The translations under genes and the position numbers were made by a program. From Acidobacteriota bacterium (GTDB taxonomy: Bacteria; Acidobacteriota; Vicinamibacteria; Vicinamibacterales; Fen-181), in contig JADGOB010000007.1 in NCBI GenBank assembly GCA_017883185.1, positions 1,000-64,999 of the forward strand: DNA of 64,000 nucleotides, read 5' to 3'. Below are positions 59,140 to 64,000 of this stretch, one piece after another. Each line of letters opens with the position of its first letter. Position 1 is the first letter of the stretch. Below the pieces are notes generated by a model, which saw only the letters and a program-made list of their open reading frames with translations, had not been told where the DNA came from and searched no databases.

Positions 59140-60510
59140 ATGTCGTTGCTGACGCGAGCCATCACGTGGATGAGTGATGGCGTCTGGGGTCCGTGGAATA
59201 CCGGCATCGGCCAGGTGCCGGGCCCGCTCGTGCTGCTGCTGCTCGGTGTCGGCCTGTTCCTGACGTTCCGGTTCAGGTTCGTCCAGGTGCGCCGGTTTCC
59301 CGAGGCGGTCCGCACGATCATCCCGCGGCAATCGGGGTCGCGTGGCGTCCTCACACCGTTCCAGGCGTTCATGACGGCGCTGGCCGCGTCGATCGGCACC
59401 GGCAACATCGCCGGCGTCGCCACGGCGGTGGTGGCTGGCGGGCCTGGCGCGGTGTTCTGGATCTGGTGCTACGGGTTCGTCGCGACCGCCATCAAGTTTG
59501 CGGAGGCGGTACTGGGCGTCTCGTTCCGCGGTCAGCGCGACGGCACGGTCCTGTCGGGTCCGATGTACTACCTGCGGGACGGTCTGCACATGCCGCGCCT
59601 CGCCTGGGCCTACGCGCTCATCGCGGGCGTGGCCGCCCTCACCACCACGCCGTTCACCCAGCCCAACTCGATCGCGGTGGCGTTCGAGGCCCAGTTCTCG
59701 ATGAATCCCTGGGTGTCGGGCGTCATCATTGCCGTGCTCACGTGGCTGGTCATCATCAGGGGCGTGAAGTCAATCGGGCGGGCGGTGGAGAAGTTGTCGC
59801 CGTTGAAGGTGTTTCTGTACCTGGCCGGCGGTCTGTTCGTGATTGCCGTGAACGCCGCCCAGCTTCCGGGCGTGTTCGCCGCCATCTTCCGCGAGGCGTT
59901 CTCGCTCCGCGCGGCGACGGGGACCGCCGCGGGGATGGCGCTGATGGTGGGCATGCGCTACGGCCTGGCGCGCGGTGTCTACGCCAACGAAGCGGGGTAC
60001 GGCACGGCGGCGGTGGCGTATGGCACGGCGCGCAGCGACTACCCCGCGCAGCAGGGGCTGAACGCGGTGATCGAGGTCTTCGTCGTGTCGTTCGTCACCT
60101 CGTCGATCAGCGCGTTGACGATCCTGGTAACCGGTGCGTGGACGTCGGGCCTCAACAGCACCGCCGTTGTGGCGCACGCCTTCAACAGCGCCATCCCGGT
60201 GGCGGGCGGGTGGATTGTCGCGTTCTGCGCCTTCCTGTTCGGGTACACGACGCTCATCGGGTGGGCGTACTACGGCGAGCAGTTCTTCGAGTACATCCTG
60301 GGGGCCCGGGTGACGCGCACGTATCGCTGGACCTACTGCCTGCTGATCGTGTTTGGCGCCGCCGCAAAGGTGGAAACCGTGTGGGCGTGGGGTGACTTGA
60401 TGAATGGCCTGCAGGTGTTTCCGAATATCGTCGGCCTGCTCGGCCTGAGCGGCGTCGTCGCCGCCGTGGCCCGCAGCACACGCAAGACGACACCGAATCC
60501 AAGCGCGTAG
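59140..60510 (+). CDS. Alanine/glycine:cation symporter (AGCS) family transporter
   Basis: PFQAFMTALAASIGTGNIAGVA, GGPGAVFW, GPMYY, ARGVYANEAG, TTLIGWAYYGE. Confidence 0.93.
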   Translation: MSLLTRAITWMSDGVWGPWNTGIGQVPGPLVLLLLGVGLFLTFRFRFVQVRRFPEAVRTIIPRQSGSRGVLTPFQAFMTALAASIGTGNIAGVATAVVAGGPGAVFWIWCYGFVATAIKFAEAVLGVSFRGQRDGTVLSGPMYYLRDGLHMPRLAWAYALIAGVAALTTTPFTQPNSIAVAFEAQFSMNPWVSGVIIAVLTWLVIIRGVKSIGRAVEKLSPLKVFLYLAGGLFVIAVNAAQLPGVFAAIFREAFSLRAATGTAAGMALMVGMRYGLARGVYANEAGYGTAAVAYGTARSDYPAQQGLNAVIEVFVVSFVTSSISALTILVTGAWTSGLNSTAVVAHAFNSAIPVAGGWIVAFCAFLFGYTTLIGWAYYGEQFFEYILGARVTRTYRWTYCLLIVFGAAAKVETVWAWGDLMNGLQVFPNIVGLLGLSGVVAAVARSTRKTTPNPSA

Positions 60511-60592
60511 TCCAGCCAGAAGTCCTGCAACCCCTGAAGCACCAGAACGCGGGAACCACTCCGGGAGTGGTTTCCTGTGCGCGATCACCCAT

Positions 60593-60650
60593 GCCAAGTC
60601 TCGCCAAGTTACGCCAAGTTACGCCAATTGTCGCCATGTCGCGACATGGC
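60593..60650. repeat. 10-bp-period direct repeats ending in a perfect palindrome
   Basis: gccaagtctc gccaagttac gccaagttac gccaattgtc, then gccatgtcgcgacatggc. Confidence 0.75.
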
Positions 60651-61008
60651 AACACTTGGCGCTTGTCCGGGCTGCGCTCTCTTAGGATGCTGCCCCCTGT
60701 GTGTCGTGTCCGCCGGGCAAGGGCCCGGTCGAGCACAGACGCGTGGCCTGGTCCGAGAGCGGCGACGGAAGTGTGGTCGTTATCGCGTATCCGACATCGG
60801 AGCGCGCCTGTTGTGGCCTCAGGGTTCTATTGTCGCGTCCCGTTCGGACCGCGGCGGTTGGGTAACGGCCGGACGGTCCCGACCCACTCGATCTGGAAGG
60901 GAAACGGTAAGTCACGTGCCGGAAGCGCATGACGCAGGATGCGGTTCCCGCCACCTCCCCAACCTGAGGCTTGTACAGTTACACTCGAAGGTGCCGGGAG
61001 GATGCATC

Positions 61009-61941
61009 ATGAAGGTAGCCATCATCGGGGCCGGGAACGTCGGAGCAACGCTGGCCTACACGCTGCTCCTGCAGGACGTGGCGACGCGCGTCAGCCTGAT
61101 CGACGTCAACCACGAGAAGGCGCTCGGGGAGGTGCTCGACCTCTCCCATGGCGCGTCGTACCTCGACAACGTCGAGATCCGCGCCGAGGGCTACGAAGGC
61201 GTGGCGGACGCGGACGTGATCGTCCTGACCGCCGGGCGCGGGCGCAAGCCGGGGGAGTCGCGCCTCGACCTGGCGCGCGGCAACGCCGCCATCATGGAGG
61301 AGGTTCTTGCCGGGATCCTGCCGCACTACCGCGGCGCCGTCGTGGTCGTGGTGGCCAACCCGATGGACGTGCTGACCTACCTCGCCGTCAAGCGGCTGCC
61401 GGCTCCGCCCACGAAGATCATCGGGTCGGGCACGTCGCTCGACTCGTCGCGCTTCCGCTACATGCTCGGCCAGGAGTTCGGCATCGACCCGCGGAACATC
61501 CACGCGTACGTGATCGGGGAGCACGGCGATTCGGCCGTGCCGATGTGGAGCATGGCCAGCCTCGGGCAGATCCCGGTCACCCAGTACGCGCCGCCCGGGC
61601 GCACCCCGCTGGACGCAGCGGCCCGGGAGCGGATCCATCGGGCCGTCGTGGCGGCGGGTAGGGAAGTGATCCAGCGGAAGGGTGCAACCTTCTATGCCGT
61701 CGCGCTGTCGGTGGCGCGCATCATCGAGGCCATCCTCGACGACGAGAAGAGCGTGCTTACGGTGTCGACCTACGTCGCGCGCTTCGGTGACATCACCGAT
61801 GTCTGCCTCAGCCTGCCGGCCGTCGTCGGCCGCCAGGGCATCCGCGAGGTGCTGCCGATCGTCCTCGACGACGCCGAGCGGGGGCAACTGGCGGCAAGCG
61901 CCAGCGCGCTGAAGGAGATCATCCGGCAACTGGGGTACTGA
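61009..61941 (+). CDS. L-lactate/malate dehydrogenase family enzyme
   Basis: MKVAIIGAGNVG, KPGESRLDL, ANPMD, GTSLDSSR, GEHGDS, KGATFY; RBS ggagg. Confidence 0.93.
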   Translation: MKVAIIGAGNVGATLAYTLLLQDVATRVSLIDVNHEKALGEVLDLSHGASYLDNVEIRAEGYEGVADADVIVLTAGRGRKPGESRLDLARGNAAIMEEVLAGILPHYRGAVVVVVANPMDVLTYLAVKRLPAPPTKIIGSGTSLDSSRFRYMLGQEFGIDPRNIHAYVIGEHGDSAVPMWSMASLGQIPVTQYAPPGRTPLDAAARERIHRAVVAAGREVIQRKGATFYAVALSVARIIEAILDDEKSVLTVSTYVARFGDITDVCLSLPAVVGRQGIREVLPIVLDDAERGQLAASASALKEIIRQLGY

Positions 61942-61985
61942 ATCGCGCAGCCCTATTCCGACAGTTCCTCGATGTTCGCCGCCCG

Positions 61986-62666
61986 GAGACCATCCGGCAC
62001 CACTTCGCCGACATCTTCAGGGCGCACGCCCGCGGTGGTGAGGACCTGGCCTCAAAGGCGCTCAGCGTCCGTGGTGCGGCGTTGCTCGAGAGCGTCCAGC
62101 TGGACCCTGGAGTGCTCGACAGCTTCCCGCACGAGCTGTCCGGCGGCATGCGTCAGCGAGTATCGATAGCCCTGGCCCTGGCTCTGCAGCCGCGGCTGAT
62201 CGTGTTCGACGAGCCCACGACCGCACTGGACGTCATCGTGCAGGGCGCGGTCATCAAGACCATCAAGGACCTCCAGGCAGAGAAGAGCTTCACCGCCATC
62301 CTGATCAGCCATGACCTCGGTGTGGTGCTCGACGCCACGGGCCGCGTGATGGTGATGTATGCCGGCCGGATCGTCGAGGATCAGCCGTCCAAGGAGCTCC
62401 TGCGCGGACCGCACCATCCCTACACGGAGGCGCTGCTGGGGTGCTACGCCGATCCGCGAGCCGACGAGATCCACCTCGGCGGGATCGCAGGCAGCCCGCC
62501 GGATCTGTCACTTCCGCAGGCCGGTTGCTCCTTTGCTCCTCGCTGCTCTCTGGCCGAGGACATCTGCCGGGAGGTCGACCCTGAGCTGACCGCTCTGGGT
62601 TCGGGCACGGTCGCCTGCCACGTCCGTGCGCGGGAGTCCAACGCCGAGACGAAGGTGCGCCCATGA
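61986..62666 (+). CDS. Oligopeptide/dipeptide-type ABC ATPase, 5'-truncated
   Basis: FPHELSGGMRQR, DEPTTALDV, HPYT, GCSFAPRC present; Walker A and Q-loop missing. Confidence 0.8.
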   Translation, partial: ETIRHHFADIFRAHARGGEDLASKALSVRGAALLESVQLDPGVLDSFPHELSGGMRQRVSIALALALQPRLIVFDEPTTALDVIVQGAVIKTIKDLQAEKSFTAILISHDLGVVLDATGRVMVMYAGRIVEDQPSKELLRGPHHPYTEALLGCYADPRADEIHLGGIAGSPPDLSLPQAGCSFAPRCSLAEDICREVDPELTALGSGTVACHVRARESNAETKVRP

Positions 62667-63544
62667 CTGCTGACCCCGCCGCCTCGCAGGCGCCGGCACC
62701 CGTGGACATCAGGCAGTCCGGTGCGCCGTCCCGGGCGGTCCCCCCGCTGGTCGTCGACAGCGTCACCAAGACGTACGCCACGCGCGGGCGCCGCAGGAAC
62801 ACGGTCACCGCCGTGGACGATGTGTCGTTCACGATCGCTCCCGGGGCAGCCATGGCGCTAGTCGGCGCCAGCGGCAGCGGCAAGAGCACCCTGGCCAAGA
62901 TGATCACCGGCTCGGAGCGGCCTTCCCGTGGCTCGATCCGCTTCGGCGACACGGCCGTGGAGAGGCTGCGCGCAGGCGGCCTACGGGAGTACCACCGCCG
63001 CGTCCAGATGGTCTTCCAGGACCCCTACGGGGCGCTCAACCCGCTGCACACGGTCGAGTACACCGTGTCGCGTCCGTGCCAGAACTTCCTTGGGCTGTCC
63101 GCGGCCAAGGCTCATGACCGGGTAGACGAGCTGCTTGAGACGGTTGGCCTGACCCCGCCGGATCAGTTTGCCGCCAAGCTGCCGCACCAGCTCTCCGGCG
63201 GCCAGCGGCAGAGGGTGGTCATCGCCCGGGCTCTGGCCTGCGAGCCTGACCTGATCGTCGCCGATGAGCCGGTCTCGATGCTTGACGTGTCGATGCGCGC
63301 CGGCATCCTGCGACTGCTGGCCAAGCTGCGTGAGGAACGCGGGCTCAGCCTGCTGTACATCACCCACGACCTGCTCGGCGCCCGCGTGGTGACCGACGAG
63401 ATCCTGGTACTCAACCACGGACGAGTCGTCGAGCGAGGCCAGACCAAGCACGTCCTGCAGCACCCCGAGGACGACTACACGATCAAGCTGCTCGACGCCG
63501 TAGCCACTCCTTACGCGGCGCAGGAGTCCCCGCCCGCGCGGTGA
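62663..63544 (+). CDS. Oligopeptide/dipeptide-type ABC ATPase
   Basis: GASGSGKST, QMVFQDP, PHQLSGGQRQR, DEPVSMLDVS. Confidence 0.92.
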   Translation: MTADPAASQAPAPVDIRQSGAPSRAVPPLVVDSVTKTYATRGRRRNTVTAVDDVSFTIAPGAAMALVGASGSGKSTLAKMITGSERPSRGSIRFGDTAVERLRAGGLREYHRRVQMVFQDPYGALNPLHTVEYTVSRPCQNFLGLSAAKAHDRVDELLETVGLTPPDQFAAKLPHQLSGGQRQRVVIARALACEPDLIVADEPVSMLDVSMRAGILRLLAKLREERGLSLLYITHDLLGARVVTDEILVLNHGRVVERGQTKHVLQHPEDDYTIKLLDAVATPYAAQESPPAR

Positions 63545-63734
63545 TGCGGCGTCCGCCGAGGCCGGTCGACGGCAGTTCCCAAGGACCGACCGAATCCACG
63601 GCCCGGCGAACAGCTGGGTGGGCCGCACCCCGACCGCCTCAAGCAGCTCCCAACGCCGGTTCATCGAAAGGATCCCCACCAGCGGCATCACGTGCACCCA
63701 CACCAACCACACCATGGCTCAGCAAGGAAATCGC

Positions 63735-64000
63735 ATGACTGACAACGCCGTCACCCGCAGCCCGTTCGTCGCCACCCGTCGCCAGCTCCTGGCGGGGACA
63801 GCCGCCGTCGCCGCGGTGAGCCTGACCACAGCGCGGGCCAGCAGCGCGCACGCCGCCGGGGTCGCTCCTGCTGCACCGACCGTGTCTGCCCCGGGGGCAC
63901 ACGCCGGCATCGACCACGCCACCATCTTGCGTTGGGCCCATGACACCTGGGCCTCAGTGGCCGCCATGGTGGCTCCCGGCACCGGGCTGCCCGCCGACAA
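63735..64000 (+). CDS. Tat-exported protein, probable DUF3131/glucoamylase-like glycoside hydrolase (runs off window)
   Basis: RBS aagga; MTDN...TRRQLLAG...AHA, then LRWAHDTWASVAAMVAPGTGLPAD. Confidence 0.55.
   Translation, partial: MTDNAVTRSPFVATRRQLLAGTAAVAAVSLTTARASSAHAAGVAPAAPTVSAPGAHAGIDHATILRWAHDTWASVAAMVAPGTGLPAD

Noticed and set aside
60593..60650. Possible CRISPR array
   Set aside because: 10-nt units without spacers; no cas genes in the window
60895..60965. Cobalamin-riboswitch-like words (aagggaaacggt...cccgccac)
   Set aside because: T-loop and CACTG/B12-box elements do not match; downstream gene is not B12-related; would need an Infernal search

Overview
High-GC bacterial chromosome segment. 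Gene content (acidobacterial-type VWA protein, Kdo/LPS genes, dispersed short repeats) suggests Acidobacteriota, possibly Vicinamibacteria-like; this is inference. Positions 1-50 kb are mostly housekeeping: accBC, folD-coaE, kdsB-pyrG-kdsA-kdsD-kdsC-lapB, sdh, sucCD, ndk, hisS-aspS, phoH-ybeY-corC-era-recO-glyQS, ppdK, mutL, rarA, greA, uvrB and tRNA-Val(CAC). The stand-out accessory module (about 50.8-62 kb) is a bacterial microcompartment (BMC) operon. It encodes an RpiB-encapsulation peptide-DeoC fusion, BMC-Tdp, a single BMC-H, an acylating aldehyde dehydrogenase, BMC-Ts and three BMC-P. It is flanked by nucleobase salvage genes (upp, a lipoprotein-type nucleoside deaminase, hpt) and followed by a small basic orphan protein, an amino-acid symporter and an LDH-like enzyme with Arg at position 102. 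Other oddities: dispersed repeats translated in-frame inside ybeY, an internally deleted gamma-carbonic-anhydrase pseudogene, a patatin lacking its catalytic Ser, and several apparently leaderless genes. At about 61.99 kb the sequence breaks abruptly into a 5'-truncated ABC transporter region, which may be a contig join or foreign DNA. All family calls come from motif recognition, not database searches.
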